This document shows, piece by piece, positions 23,944 through 38,556 of a stretch of DNA of 64,000 bases (position 1 is its first letter; every line of letters starts with the position of its first letter). Position numbers and translations under genes: made by a program. Under the pieces are notes generated by a model, which saw only the letters and a program-made list of their open reading frames with translations, made no database searches and was not told where the DNA came from. This stretch comes from Octopus bimaculoides (Eukaryota): assembly GCF_001194135.2 (NCBI RefSeq), contig NC_068984.1, positions 32,693,131-32,757,130 of the forward strand, in the 5' to 3' direction.

Positions 23944-26434
23944 GCATAAATGGACGTAAAATGATATTGTTCAATACAGCGACTTGCCACTTGTTGCGAT
24001 TCCCGTCATCTCTTTCTTGAGGTGCAGGGTCCTGCGATCCATTTTTATTAATTCCCATACCATTTTCTATCTTCCTTTCCCATTTTGAGTGGTTGGCACT
24101 TCACTGCCCAACAAAAATCCTCCCCAAACTTTACGTATCTGCATCAATTATGTCTCCTTTCCTACATAATACATCTCATTCCTCATCTGCCCATTTTCTC
24201 AGCTCATTTGCGATCCATTGTTCGGGCATGCTAAAAGTATACACCTTTTGGTGCATGCTAACCTATCCGTTGTACATAGAGCCACAATAGGTATCATAGT
24301 CTTGTCCATGATTAATCTAAAGTTAATTATTCCGACAGATAATCTGGTTACCTCAAATTCTCTACCACAATATGCTTACAAAAATCTGCCATTTCTGTCA
24401 CCTGAGAAAAAGAATTGAAATATCTGGTTAAGATATACTTTCGCCTAAAGATTTATTCACAACACGCATCCAGTATCATTATAATCTCTCCAAATCCATT
24501 TTCCATCAAACCAAGATTGATTGTAGCTACCTTGAAGTTTTTCACATGGCAGAAAGATATGGCACTTTCCGGTTGTGAGTGGTCCCTTGTCGTTTAATGT
24601 GTTTTCTGTGATTAAAAGGAAAGACTTTGTTTGATCGCTTGATGGTCGGAGAGGTTATTGTACATAATCAGATCTTTCCAAATGACTGTCCCTCTACGGT
24701 ATGGTACACAAACGTGATACTATAGCAGTATGTGCATTTGTGTTTTCAATGTATTTCAGCATGTTCTTTCTTTCTTTCTTTCTTTCTTTACTTTAGCTAG
24801 AAGTCTTTATTGTTATAAATCGCTTTACATCATTGACCGGGTGTATTCTCATCTCACACACAATAGAGAAGTTCTCTGTAGGTATTAAGGAGATTCTATT
24901 CTGTGTCAGTTTTGGAGTTACTGCTCCACTACACAGGTTACCTTCATTATTGTTTGCGGAATAAGCGTCTCACTTGCACAGAGTTAGCCAAAGTTACTAA
25001 TATCCTAATTAGACATTTCTCAATAATGCTAGAAATAACAAGTATGGCCGCCAGTAAACCTCAAGAAGACGTGGAGAGTGAGAAAAAAAGAGAAAGAAAC
25101 AAATTGACCGAGAGTTGACAATAACACACAAATATGATTATTAAACATCAAACTAATTAATTAATTAATTAGATTCTGTATTTGATAATACTAACAACAA
25201 CAATGCGAGTAATTGTTAATTTATCATATCTAATCCGATTTAAGGTTTTAAACACACTCACACATACGCATATATATTTTTTCGTTCTCTTTCTCTCTCT
25301 CTCTTTTCTGTCTCTCCCTCTCTCTCACTATATATATATATATATATNNNNNNNNNNNNNNNNNNNNNNNNNNNNNNNNNNNNNNNNNNNNNNNNNNNNN
25401 NNNNNNNNNNNNNNNNNNNNNNNNNNNNNNNNNNNNNNNNNNNNNNNNNNNNNNNNNNNNNNNNNNNNNNNNNNNNNNNNNNNNNNNNNNNNNNNNNNNN
25501 NNNNNNNNNNNNNNNNNNNNNNNNNNNNNNNNNNNNNNNNNNNNNNNNNNNNNNNNNNNNNNNNNNNNNNNNNNNNNNNNNNNNNNNNNNNNNNNNNNNN
25601 NNNNNNNNNNNNNNNNNNNNNNNNNNNNNNNNNNNNNNNNNNNNNNNNNNNNNNNNNNNNNNNNNNNNTATATATATATATATATATATATATCTGAAAG
25701 CATCTCTATACATCACTTTATGAACTTGTATTAGTGTGTACTGATATGAATTAAGTGATTGTGACTTCATACTTATATAATCATACTAATTAAAATTTAT
25801 GAAATATATGTTTAAATATGTATACATATAAGCTTATCCGACTTTCTGAAACGAAATCCTCTTTCTTTCTCTCTCCTCTCATTCCCTCCACACTTTTCCG
25901 ATTCTCCGTGTCACCATATTTAACCATGTAGATCTCACTTCGTTTCTCTATACATACATACATACATACGTACATACATACATACATACACAGACAGACA
26001 GACATATATACATAGATGTGAGTGTATGTATTATGTATATACATACATACATGTACGCACAGGCATGCATATGTATGTGTACATGTGTACGTTTATGCAT
26101 ACACACACTTGCACATTTAATAATGCAAACACAGACTGTTATATTTGTGCTTATAAAATTAAATAAACAAACTTAGATGCTGAGATAAGTTTGTACAGAG
26201 AAAAATTCAAACATACATACTTCCATATTTCAATATCACATGAGTATATGATTGTTAGAAGTTATATCAAATTTTACGTAGCAGTAATAGAATATTGTTA
26301 TCGGGAAGGATGGACACAGACTTTACATTGTATACACTTGTTAATGTAGGAAATGGATGCTTTCTCAAGTTTCCATTTTAACTTAAGTTTTAAACAATCT
26401 ACTGGCTAGTGATCGTAAATGACAGTATTTCTTG

Positions 26435-26644
26435 AAATTGTGGCTTCAAATTTTGGTACAATGCCAGTAGATTCGTGGGGAGTAGGTAAGCCAATTACGT
26501 CGACCCCCAACGATTGACTGGTAATTATTTTATCGACCCTGAGAGGATGAAAGGCAAAGTCGGCCTCGACGGAAATTGAACTCAGAACGTAAAGTTGGAC
26601 GAAATGTCGTAGCCCGACGTGCTAACAATTCTGCCAACGCACCG
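26435..26644 (-). mobile_element. SINE family C with a Deu/Nin-like central domain
   Basis: Minus strand contains GAGGCCGACTTTGCCTTTCATCCTCTCAGGGTCGATAAAATAATTACCAG and a GTTCTGAGTTCAATTTCC B-box-like segment. Homologous copies at about 41.0, 52.2 and 55.0 kb. Confidence 0.75.
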
Positions 26645-26745
26645 GGGAAAAATTAACTTTCATGTGAAATGATAAACTGATCACGTATGTATAATTATGC
26701 ATGTTTAGTACACGCTCGCAAACATACACACAAAGACATTTATGG

Positions 26746-26794
<49 letters not shown>

Positions 26795-27861
26795 CATACA
26801 TACATAGATGCAGACATACATACATACATACATACATACATACAAACATAGATACATACATGCATACACACATACATACATATATACATGTATGCATGCA
26901 TACATAGATACATACATCCATCCATACATACATACATACATACATACATACATACATACATACATACAGAGATTAAAAGAGAGTGTAGAAGTAAGAAAAA
27001 AATAAACCATTTTATGTGTCTAATGTTAGGTTTGTCTAAAGCAAGCATGGTCAACTTTTGTCGAAAAGCAGGCCACATGAGATGCAAAGCATCATCAGGA
27101 GGGCCACACTTTTAAGAAAGTTGAAGGCAATTTTTCATTGGGCCTGCTATTTAAAAGGTCTCACGGGCAGTAGGTTCCAAGTGTTGTGTAAAGTATAAAA
27201 CAAGGATTCTTGCATCAGATGCTATTTAATTTCATGAGTATTTTATATCTACAACTAACAATTAAATATCACTTACAAATTACATATTACAAAAAATGAT
27301 ATTCAATGTTTGTTGAAAGCTAGAGATCTCTATGGTTGTTTAAGGATTAGCTGGAAGGTTTATAATTTCCAAGTGAAATTGTATTGTGCAGTTGGTGTAC
27401 ACATTATGATGAGAGTGTTCCCCCACTAACAGAGAATGTGTTTTAAACCTTTGGAAAACAGGTTAAATCAATTCTGCTTCGTATATAAAGGTAAAGTCCT
27501 TGTCCATTTGCATTTAGTAAGCAGATCATATTCATGAAGTACTTCTTTCAACCTTATTTGTCTATCTGTCTGCCTGTCTGTTTTCTATCTACCTACAAAT
27601 CTAGCTATGTACATACCTCCGTACCTACTTCCTTATTATCTATCCAGCTAGCTAGCTTATTGTCTATCTATCCGTCTGTTTGTCTATCCACCTACCTGTT
27701 CCCGGGTTCAAGTCTACTATTGTTGCTGCTGGCATTTCACAAAGCTTTTTAACAGGAAATTTTGCACTTACTTCAACGTAACTCTTGGTAATAGATATAA
27801 ACTTGGTTCAGACTTATGTCAGGGTCTCAGAGTAAACCTTGTTTTTGAATCGTAACTCTAG

Positions 27862-28170
27862 CCAGGGCTGGATTTGGACCCAAAGAAGCCTCAAGCACTT
27901 TACAGATTTTGGTGCCCTGATATGTATGTAATTCAAAATATATTCTATTATAAACCACAAAGTAAACTTTTAGTTTTCAAAATGAAACAAAACTAACAAT
28001 AAGATGGAAAATAACGTTTATTTTTGTATACTTCCACTTTATCTATAGTTGGAAAGTTTTCTCTTACTTTTTTTAATTGCAATGTCTTTGAGCAGATCCT
28101 CACCATGAGCGTACTACAAATTTCACTGCATAAAGAAGTAATTTCGTTCCAGCTTATTCAGGGTATATTC
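27862..28170 (-). mobile_element. possible hAT transposon 3' end relic
   Basis: CAGGGCTGGATTTGGACCCAAAGAAGCCTCAAGCACTT resembles hAT-type CAGGGCCGG termini. The minus strand encodes GEDLLKDIAIKKSKRKL, like the extreme C-terminus of hAT transposases. No partner TIR found. Confidence 0.3.
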
Positions 28171-30276
28171 AACATATCATTTTTTTTGTTTTTTTTTTGC
28201 TGTTGCCGTTGCTTTTAGTAGTATTGTCAAAGAATGTGGAGTAGCTCCTATTACACATTTTGGAGCTTCTGTAGCTGGCGGAACAAGGAGAAGGAAATTA
28301 TTGTTAAGGAAGGGAATTTATTCTTCATATTATGATCAAGAGAGAAAGTGTCTTTTTCCAGACTTTTCTGGACTGGTTGGAGGAATGTAACTTCAAACCA
28401 ATGACCTGACATGAATGCTTGCTACAGAATGAACTCTGCTAAAGGCACCCAAGTAACAAATAATACTATTAAACCGAATGACTGATTAAGTCTACTATCC
28501 CATCCAGTTAGCCGTTCGTAGGATTTGAATCTTAAAAAATCAGAACAAACACTACTAGGCTTACAATGCGACGTTCTTACTTTTATGCCAACCGTACTAC
28601 ATTTTTTTTTATCGGTTTTAAAATGATGAATAGAAGTACAGTGAAGATGAGTGCCGGATTGGCACACATGACGCAGGGTCAGATCAAATAAGGTGAGGTA
28701 TTTTCTCTCATAGTCTAATGATTATTCCAGTTCACCAACTTGATTAGTTTCAAAAGACAAACCCAAAAGACTTGAAACAAAGTAGTAACTGTTAAGAGCA
28801 TCGAAGAGCCATGTGGTGATATTTAACATGCTGACAGATTATAAAGTACAATAGTGACAGGCTGTAGGAAGCAATATTGAGTCAGTGTGGTATTGCTGAT
28901 GGTATAGTGATAATATAATCTCTAAATTTGAAGAATCATCGTCATTTATGTAGGAGAAATTAGTACCAGTAATACCTGTGATTTTAATTTTAGCAAGTCT
29001 GATAATGATGAAATTGCAAAAATCAAGTCAGCCACGAATTTAATTGAGGAAAATTTCAAAACTTGAAGAATATAAGATTCACTCAATTTTCAACCAACCA
29101 ATCAATTCTTTTGCAGCAAAAATTAATTAAAGATCACTACAATTCTGAATTTCTTTCAGAACAAAAAATAAACAACGAAGAAAGAAAGAAAGAAAGAAAA
29201 AATAATTGGCTTTTCCTTCTGTTTTTTTTTCTTCTTAGTTTGTTTACTTCATTTATTATTTTCTTCCGCCCAAATAAATTTTTCAAATTATACATACACA
29301 CATTAACACACAGTCAGACACATGTACACAAACACGCATTCTGCACACTAAAAACGGAAAAAAGATTTAAAGAAAGAATTTAAGAATTTACTAATTAGTG
29401 TCTTTAGCTCCACCACGCCTAAGAAATTTGGTTCAACAAGGCAAGATAAAGGAGGTAAAAACACAAAAGAATATTGTTGATTATTTTACATTTATTTATT
29501 TATTTATTTAATTATTTAATTATTTAATTATTTGGGTGTTTATTAGGAACAAAGGAATTTCGTTTTTGTTTTATTTCTCCGTCAAGAAAAAAAAAAGGAG
29601 AAAAGATTTACATTTTTGTTTTTATGTCATATTACTTTTTTGTTTTATGTTTTATCCATTCTTCTATGTGTTTTTTTTTCTATGTGGTCTTTTATAAGGA
29701 ATATTAATAAAAAGGAAATTTTCTAAAGATTTTTTCCTTTGACATATGAAATTAACCCATTAGGAGAGAAATAAAGAACAAAAAAACAAAAAGATGACAA
29801 TAATTAAGAACAAATAAAAATAATAAAGAAAGTAAGAGGGCAAGAGAAAGATGGAGAAAGACAGATTAAAAAAGGGAGGTCTTTACAATAGTAGTGTTGA
29901 CAAGATGACTGAAAAATAATGAAGGTGGTCAGTTAAGGTTGAAAAAACTTCCAATATAGAGAAAGCCAATTAAACGTTAAGGTGTAACCCATAGACCCAA
30001 CACTACAGAGACAACTAAAATCTTTGCAACTCTTGCAATAGTCATGCATTACGTATGCATGTCTCATGAACCTCAACCCCAATACAGAATAAACATAACC
30101 CTATATACACCGATGTATGCATGTGTGTGTTTGGAGTTGTGTGTATGTATCTTTGTTCAACTAACTACTTATCTATCTATCTGTATGTATATATATATAT
30201 ATATACATGTATATATCTATACAGAGAGACACACATACACACGCACATTCACACACGCATACATGCATCGATCCAT

Positions 30277-30329
<53 letters not shown>

Positions 30330-30994
30330 NNNNNNNNNNNNNNNNNNNNNNNNNNNNNNNNNNNNNNNNNNNNNNNNNNNNNNNNNNNNNNNNNNNNNNN
30401 NNNNNNNNNNNNNNNNNNNNNNNNNNNNNNNNNNNNNNNNNNNNNNNNNNNNNNNNNNNNNNNNNNNNNNNNNNNNNNNNNNNNNNNNNNNNNNNNNNNN
30501 NNNNNNNNNNNNNNNNNNNNNNNNNNNNNNNNNNNNNNNNNNNNNNNNNNNNNNNNNNNNNNNNNNNNNNNNNNNNNNNNNNNNNNNNNNNNNNNNNNNN
30601 NNNNNNNNNNNNNNNNNNNNNNNNNNNNNNNNNNNNNNNNNNNNNNNNNNNNNNNNNNNNNNNNNNNNNNNNNNNNNNNNNNNNNNNNNNNNNNNNNNNN
30701 NNNNNNNNNNNNNNNNNNNNNNNNNNNNNNNNNNNNNNNNNNNNNNNNNNNNNNNNNNNNNNNNNNNNNNNNNNNNNNNNNNNNNNNNNNNNNNNNNNNN
30801 NNNNNNNNNNNNNNNNNNNNNNNNNNNNNNNNNNNNNNNNNNNNNNNNNNNNNNNNNNNNNNNNNNNNNNNNNNNNNNNNNNNNNNNNNNNNNNNNNNNN
30901 NNNNNNNNNNNNNNNNNNNNNNNNNNNNNNNNNNNNNNNNNNNNNNNNNNNNNNNNNNNNNNNNNNNNNNNNNNNNNNNNNNNNNNNNNNNNNN

Positions 30995-31048
<54 letters not shown>

Positions 31049-32788
31049 GAGAGATAGGGCAGAGATGGGAGAGAGAAAAGGGGAGACACACACACGAGAC
31101 ATATACAAACACACTCACATGTATGTATGTATGTATGTATGTATGCATGCATGAATGAAACTCGATTATGATTTTGAACCCTTTTAACTGTTATTTTGTT
31201 GTCATTGTTAGATTAAACTACCTCTGGTCAACATGACCACTTATAACTATTTTGTCTTTTCCTTATTCAAGATTTGTGTGCCGTTGACTACATAACCCAA
31301 TAGTTTTTAAGATGTCAGGGTGTGCTTTAGAAAAGCAACTTCTTTGATATTTCTAGAGCATCAAGCGACCGCATAAGCTGGTGTCGATATTGTTTTTCTT
31401 TAGCATTCAAGCCAGCCCTTATGTTCTATACTTAACCATCTTATTTTTAGATGTATCTCAGACGAGATATTTTACATGTATCCTTCTCTCTTTTGAGGCG
31501 GCCGGATGAGATTTAAAATATATTTGCAATTTATAGCGGGTCAATCGACCATCTGTTGCTTCCTTTGTCGGATCATTAATAATGGTGTTTGTCAGATCAT
31601 TAGTAACGGTGTTTGTACTTCAGTTACTGAATACTTTTTGCTGGCGATCCTGTAGTCTTGAAATAATTCTACCATCAGGATGATTCAGAACTCTTGATGT
31701 AATTCAGCGGTCTTCAATTCTGTGGTCCTGAAATGTTTGATCTGTTTATTCCATTTTAATAACTGCTGCGAATTTTAGTGTTTTTTTTGTTTTCTATTAC
31801 CAGTTTTGCTTGAATTATTGTTGGATTCAGGTCGAAATGACTTTCTAATGACGTTACCAGCTGCTGCTGCTTCTGATATTGTCACTATTATAGCTGTTAT
31901 TGTTAATTTTATTGTTGCTGTACTTGTTTAGCTCAGATCAGGCAGACCTATAATAAAAAAGTATCCAGTTCTTGCCTATTTTCAGAAATAGCTTCCGAAA
32001 ATTACATATAATATATCTATATATTTTGAGTTCATTCGAGCAAGGCAAGCGACTACATAGAGATTCTAGCACTGGCTGGCAATTGTTCCTGTCAATCATA
32101 CGATGGCAAAAAAAAAAAAAAAAAAAAAAAATAATAATAAATATAATAAGATGAAACAAAGCTCATCAAATTTAATCTCTTAAATTATTTAGATTTTAAG
32201 TAACTATTATCGACTTGCTTGTTGTTCCTACACCTGTTTTCGTTTTTTGCTTTTCTATCAATTTCAACTACATACATACGTACATATGTATTTGTGTGTG
32301 TGTATGTGTGCACGCGTGTATATATTCGAGAGAACATGGTCTAATTTTTGTAATAGATCTCGAAGCACACACGAAGCTATTATATAGAACAAAGAAGCCT
32401 GGGTTTTCGAAGGAATGTTCTTCACAACACATCCATCTGAATATAAAAGAAAACCAAGGTAACACATCTGTTGTGTATTTAACACTGGATCTAAAGTGGA
32501 GATGTAAATTTCCAGTTTTTTGAACGCTCGTCTTTTTGTAACTTTTTAGTGCATAACATATTTTACTTATTGAAATTGAAGCATTGAACGTGCGCAAACA
32601 CTAAGGCATCTTAGATGAACAAATCATTTCACATACAAAGATTGACACAATTGAATGAAACTGCAAATCAAAGTGTGCATATATATNNNNNNNNNNNNNN
32701 NNNNNNNNNNNNNNNNNNNNNNNNNNNNNNNNNNNNNNNNNNNNNTATATATATAAGTGTGTGTGTGTGTGTGTGTGTATGTGTGTGT

Positions 32789-32829
<41 letters not shown>

Positions 32830-33292
32830 CACACACACACACATATGCATACATAACATTACCATGTTTGTTGTACTTTTCCCATACAACAGCATTTTTC
32901 AAACTTCTTTCGGAGTTATATTGACTCCTCTTCCATCAAAAGAAAGAAAAGAAAAGTTCATTAGCCTCTCGGAACTGTCTTCAATGAACTTAATAAGTTG
33001 TTGCTAATTAAAATCAACAAATCGATTTTTGTGGATTTAGTTTGTGTATATGAGCATGCGTGCACGTGTGTGTCCGTTTAAGAATGTTGTGTAAATATAG
33101 TGTATTGAATTAATTTCAATAAAGTGTATTATGGTGAATTTCAATTAAATGCGTTTAAACAATTTAATATTTAAAATGTAAAGATAATAAAATAATGTGA
33201 GTTTCTATGGGCTTTGTATATTTCCCATATAGTGACGCAGAAGTTTACTGGACACGTACATTCAAGAAGAGTTCCATACTTTTTTTTCTTGC

Positions 33293-33632
33293 AGGAACAT
33301 GGCTCAGTGGTTAGAGCGTCGTTGGGCTCACAGTCGCAAGGTAATGAGTTCGATTCCCGGACTGGGCTGTATGTTGTGTTTTTGAACAAGACACTTTATT
33401 TCGCGTTCCTCTAGTTCACTCAGCTGTAGAAATGAGTTGTGACATCACTGGCGCCAAGCTGTATCGGCCTTTCCCCTTTCCTCAGATAACATCGGTGGTG
33501 CGGAGAGGAGAGGCTGGTATGCATGGGTGACTACTGGTCTTCCATAAACAACTTTGCCCAGACATGTGCCTCGGAGAGTAACTCTCTAGGTGCAATCTCA
33601 TGGTTATTCATAGCCGAAGGGAGTCTTCTACC
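33293..33632 (+). mobile_element. tRNA-derived SINE family D
   Basis: A-box TGGCTCAGTGG and B-box GAGTTCGATTCCC, followed by a TTGAACAAGACACTTTATTTC core-like segment. The body differs from families A-C. Confidence 0.75.
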
Positions 33633-34377
33633 ATGCACAGACAACAAATTTGATGCATTCTGAGTTTCAGTTATAAATCCCCGTTTCACCTTTTAAATTC
33701 TACTTCATCAAATTTTCAGTTATACGGCACACATCTTTTGCCTTGCGATACCATAAATTTCTCTAACAGCTAAGCAAACACTTCAGTGTTATTTCATATT
33801 ATACTCTCCTCTCCACTGTGCGTAAATATATGTGTCTGTCTGTCTGTCTGCCTGAATATGTACGAAGGTGGCATGGTCTCCACCACCCTTTTCGGATCGA
33901 CTGCTTATTCATCTTCTCTTAACACTATCCTACTACTTCACATCCTGTAATTGTATACATAATATGTCGATTGTATACGCAATTCTTTCAATTGTATACG
34001 CAATGAGTCCAAGTCGATTGTATTCGCAATATGCCCAATTACCTTGAATAATACTACCAGTTGATTAACTTAAATTCGCGTATGTTTTATAAAGCTTGGA
34101 CTACATTTTCTGCATTGATAATGACTATATATATATACATATATATGTGCGCGCGCGTGGGTGTGCGTGCGTGCGTGTGTGCGCGTATGTGTATGTGTGT
34201 TTACGTATGTATGTATCTATGTGTATGTATATATGCATATAACACACACACACANNNNNNNNNNNNNNNNNNNNNNNNNNNNNNNNNNNNNNNNNNNNNN
34301 NNNNNNNNNNNNNNNNNNNNNNNNNNNNNNNNNNNNNNNNNNNNNNNNNNNNNNNNNNNNTATATATATATATGCAT

Positions 34378-34418
<41 letters not shown>

Positions 34419-34649
34419 AAAGAAAACCTTTATAGGGCATTCGGCTTGCTAGAAATAGCAGCTAAAGCTTCTTCATATTACGTCTTACCATTTTAAAAAG
34501 AGAAGTTCACATTGGTTGGTGCCTTCCTAGATATAATGACGGGAGATCTCAGCTGGAATGTCTTGAATTATATGTTTGTTGTATTTAGATTGATGGATTT
34601 ACTTTAAGTCAAGTTTGACACATGCTAGAATGACCTAGGCCGGGTATTC

Positions 34650-34990
34650 AGTAACAAAAATAGTGGTCTGCTGCTATTGTTGTGATCCAAATACTAAACA
34701 TTGAAATGTCCTGGCATAATCTTTAGCCGTGGCATTGATACTCAAAACAGATTGGGCGATCTTCTCAGGTCCGTAGTTGAAGTTCCGTTGTTGAGGGTCC
34801 AATATGGTTGCTATAAATAATGGCAGTAGAATGGATATATAGTTGCTCCAACATAAGAGATATTTCTTGGGCTTCATGAGAAAGAAATTTCCATAACGTT
34901 TACAACACATTATCGTGTCCAGTTTAACCAAAATGTGCGCTGAGTTTCTGTCGTCTTCATCATATTATGACAGCATGTTCGACAGTTCGC
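34650..34990 (-). mobile_element. possible decayed LINE apurinic-type endonuclease fragment
   Basis: Minus-strand IMPGHFNV resembles the GDFN motif. This is the only supporting motif. Confidence 0.2.
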
Positions 34991-35744
34991 ACTTCCACAG
35001 GCGAAGAGTAACGAATTCAATTGTAATTCAGTTTACAATTTAAGTTTGACGTTTTGAATCACATTGCAATCAGTAATTGACTCAAGGTTTTTGCTAAGAT
35101 ATCTTTTTATTATAGCCACAAGGGTTTTATATATTGCACATAGAACGCATCATGACCATGAACAGGTATTTTGGTAACAAGCGTTAGTTCACACTCCTGC
35201 TATAACGTCGAACTTTTAGGACCTACTAGACCACCCGTGACCCGTTTGGTCACCAATAGTTCAAGGTACCCGAAAAAAAGCGTATCTCGGGAATCCATAG
35301 TCCGATTTACGCGAGGGATACCTTACTTTGAGAGTGTTTTCCAATTATGCGCCGGTTTGACTGTACTAAATTACAGACAAGCACGCATCCAAGCAAACAA
35401 GCATTCATAGAATTTTAGTAGTATATAAATTGACCAAGCCCTTCAGAAGTACTGGCTTTCAGAACGACGGCATATCCAGAGTTTGTCGTGTTCCGGGCTC
35501 AAAAGACTAAGAAGTTCGATTCGACTAAAATGGATGATAATGTAATAAAGTTAGCTGATTGTTTCGTATATCTTTTGAGCTTAGGCTTTCAACAGAGAAC
35601 CTAAAAAGTGTGTTATCCGTTGATATTCCGATCGCAGCTCCTTTGACGTCAAAATTCGCGAACTTGGTATCTCGTTAGATACGAGTTTATTTTTTCCTTC
35701 CAAAAGCTGTGTTAGCAAAATCAGTTTATGTAGATGTTCATTTT

Positions 35745-35973
35745 TACTCTTTTACTTGTTTCAGTCATTTGACTGTGGCCATGCTGGAGCACCGCCTTTA
35801 GTCGAGCAAATCGACCCCAGGACTTATTCTTTGTAAGCCTAGTACTTATTCTATCAGTCTCTTATTTCTTATACCAAACCGCTAAGTTACGGGGATGTAA
35901 ATACACCAGCATCGGTTGTCAAGTGATGTTGGGGGAAAAACACAGACACACAAACACACACACACACATACAT

Positions 35974-36008
<35 letters not shown>

Positions 36009-36339
36009 NNNNNNNNNNNNNNNNNNNNNNNNNNNNNNNNNNNNNNNNNNNNNNNNNNNNNNNNNNNNNNNNNNNNNNNNNNNNNNNNNNNNNNNNNNNN
36101 NNNNNNNNNNNNNNNNNNNNNNNNNNNNNNNNNNNNNNNNNNNNNNNNNNNNNNNNNNNNNNNNNNNNATATACATATATACGACGGACTTTTTTCAGTT
36201 TCCGTCTACCAAATCCATTCACGAGGCTTTGGTCGGCCCAAGGCTATAGTAGAAGATACTTGCCCAAGGTGCCACGCAGTAGGACTGAACCCGGAACCAT
36301 GTGGTTGGTAAGCAAGCTACTTACCACACTCCTACGCCT
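35745..36339 (-). mobile_element. tRNA-derived SINE family B with an N gap in its internal microsatellite
   Basis: Colinear with 17303-17741 on both sides of the (TA)n/N tract. Confidence 0.9.
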
Positions 36340-38309
36340 ATGCGAAGTTTGGTGGTAAACATATCTTCAGTGACATAATCATTGACTTGACGTTTAGTAA
36401 AAGCATAGAAACGGAAATATGACAACCTTAATCTCATTCAACAGCGCTTCGATAAAGTAACTACAAGTAACAAACAAATAATCACTACGCCATCTCCGTT
36501 AATAAGCAATACAAATCTACATCGCTCAAACTCAAGTCAATAAAAAGATCTTGATGTAGCTCGATCTGATAAAAATATCTGCCAAATTTCCATTACATTT
36601 AACGTTACCGGTTTAATCGAAAGGGTCATTTCTAATACTACATTGGATTATATTTTTTAGATACATGAAACCTTGAGTAATACTGGATGGTCATGGCTAG
36701 ATCATTTTTGCTCCTTTACCTACTCAATCTGTATTGATTTGGGGGTTAAGGAGCAACAACAAAAACAGCACTACTTAAAGTCCCTACGAATATTACACCT
36801 TAAGTCTTATGGGTGTACTTTCATGGTGACAACACACATCGTACTTAAGGTTGCAGTTAAGAGGTAACGGTTCCTATTATGCTAAATATATCTAAACAGC
36901 AATTATCTTCAACTTTAAAAGGCATATTTGAACACAGTCACATGCGCGCGCACACACACGCACACTTTCACACACACACACACATATACATACATGCACG
37001 CACACTCCAAACACGTGTAATTTTACATTTGGACTTATTTGCAAAATGTAAGCCGATCACGAAGAAAGTGTCAAGGCTTTTTTATTTGAATCAATACAGT
37101 TCTAGGAGTTCGTGAATAAGTAATTCAGTTACGGCCTATATACGCAGGTATTTTCGCAGATATGCTTCCACACATGCAATGGAAGGTCGTCGTATTAGTA
37201 CACAACTGCGCGTGTTTGATTACTTGTGTGTGTGTATATATATATGTGAATGCTGTGTGCATATAGTGACTGCATTTATTCATTGGAGAAAACTTAGAAG
37301 GCGAAACTTTGGAATGTTTTACAAGTTTTCGCTCTACCAGTAATCGATTGGACTTCGAAGAAGCGGCTGCGTTTCCTTAATCTTTTGGAAAACTACAGAA
37401 AATCCCAGCATTTCAAGACTTTTATGCACCTGTAATAATCGGCAAAAACGGGAATTAATCACCCGGTTACAACAACTGTATGTCGTTCATTATTTCATCA
37501 TCAATACTTTCAGTAGACCAGTACAACAGTGTTTCAGTCTCCATAAATATTTCCACCAGCAGTTGTCATTACTCCAACAAACGTAAGGCACATACATATA
37601 TAAAAGAATATAGAACATTCATAACATAACGTAAATTGCATAATTAGGGGAAAAAAAAAGCTAAGAGTGATAACTCTGAGTGAACATCGCCTTGGAGTTG
37701 AACATCAAAAACGAACAAACATTTACTTAATACGGTGTGTGTATGTGTGTGTGAATGTGTGTGTATGTGTGTGTGTATGTGTGTGTGTGTGTGTGTGTAT
37801 GTGTGTGTGTGTGTGTACATACATACTTTCAAACTCACACAAACACAAATTAAGAGTACATTAGGCAACGATGGTTAGAATAAAGCTGTGTACAAGTTCG
37901 TGTAAACTCAAACCTGAAAGGCGTTTGCTGTTGTAACTGTCTCGAGGGGGAAATTCTCCTTCATCGGCGGCGTGGTATGTTGTAAATTTGTTGAAGTTGG
38001 ATTTAATTAATTCAGTAATTAAAGGCACACTAAGCAGCAGCAATGATTGAAATAAAGTTGTGTACACTTATATTCAACATGGATGTGATAAAACGTAACC
38101 ATACTGAAACACATGCTTTCCTGTCCGGTAACGTCATTCATAGCCCAAATCAGTGTGTTTTCAAACTCGTGGTCTAATACGGAGCATTTCTCCTCCAGGA
38201 GAATCACCACAGCGAAGGTTCTACCCCGTTTGAGTGTTTACAGACGTGTAAAATATAAATGTGCACAGTTTCATGATCGCACGCACACACACACACACAC
38301 AGACACACA

Positions 38310-38349
<40 letters not shown>

Positions 38350-38518
38350 CACATACACATACATGTATGTATATATGTTCATAATTCATTTATGTGCGTA
38401 TATAAAGACAATCTATTTGATCCTGTCTACTACAGACATGTTACTCTTATATATACAGGCGCACAAACACTCAGGCACGCACGCACACAGACACATGCTT
38501 TATATATAAACAGATCTG

Positions 38519-38556
<38 letters not shown>

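Noticed and set aside
25053-25092. Possible first coding exon MAASKPQEDVE with good Kozak context and a GTGAG donor
   Set aside because: Too short to assess, with no downstream exon or homology visible. Such signals arise by chance in 64 kb.
37861-38067. 68-aa non-repetitive minus-strand ORF (…YHAADEGEFPPRDSYNSKRLSG…)
   Set aside because: No recognisable domain, ambiguous splice signals, and a length within random expectation.
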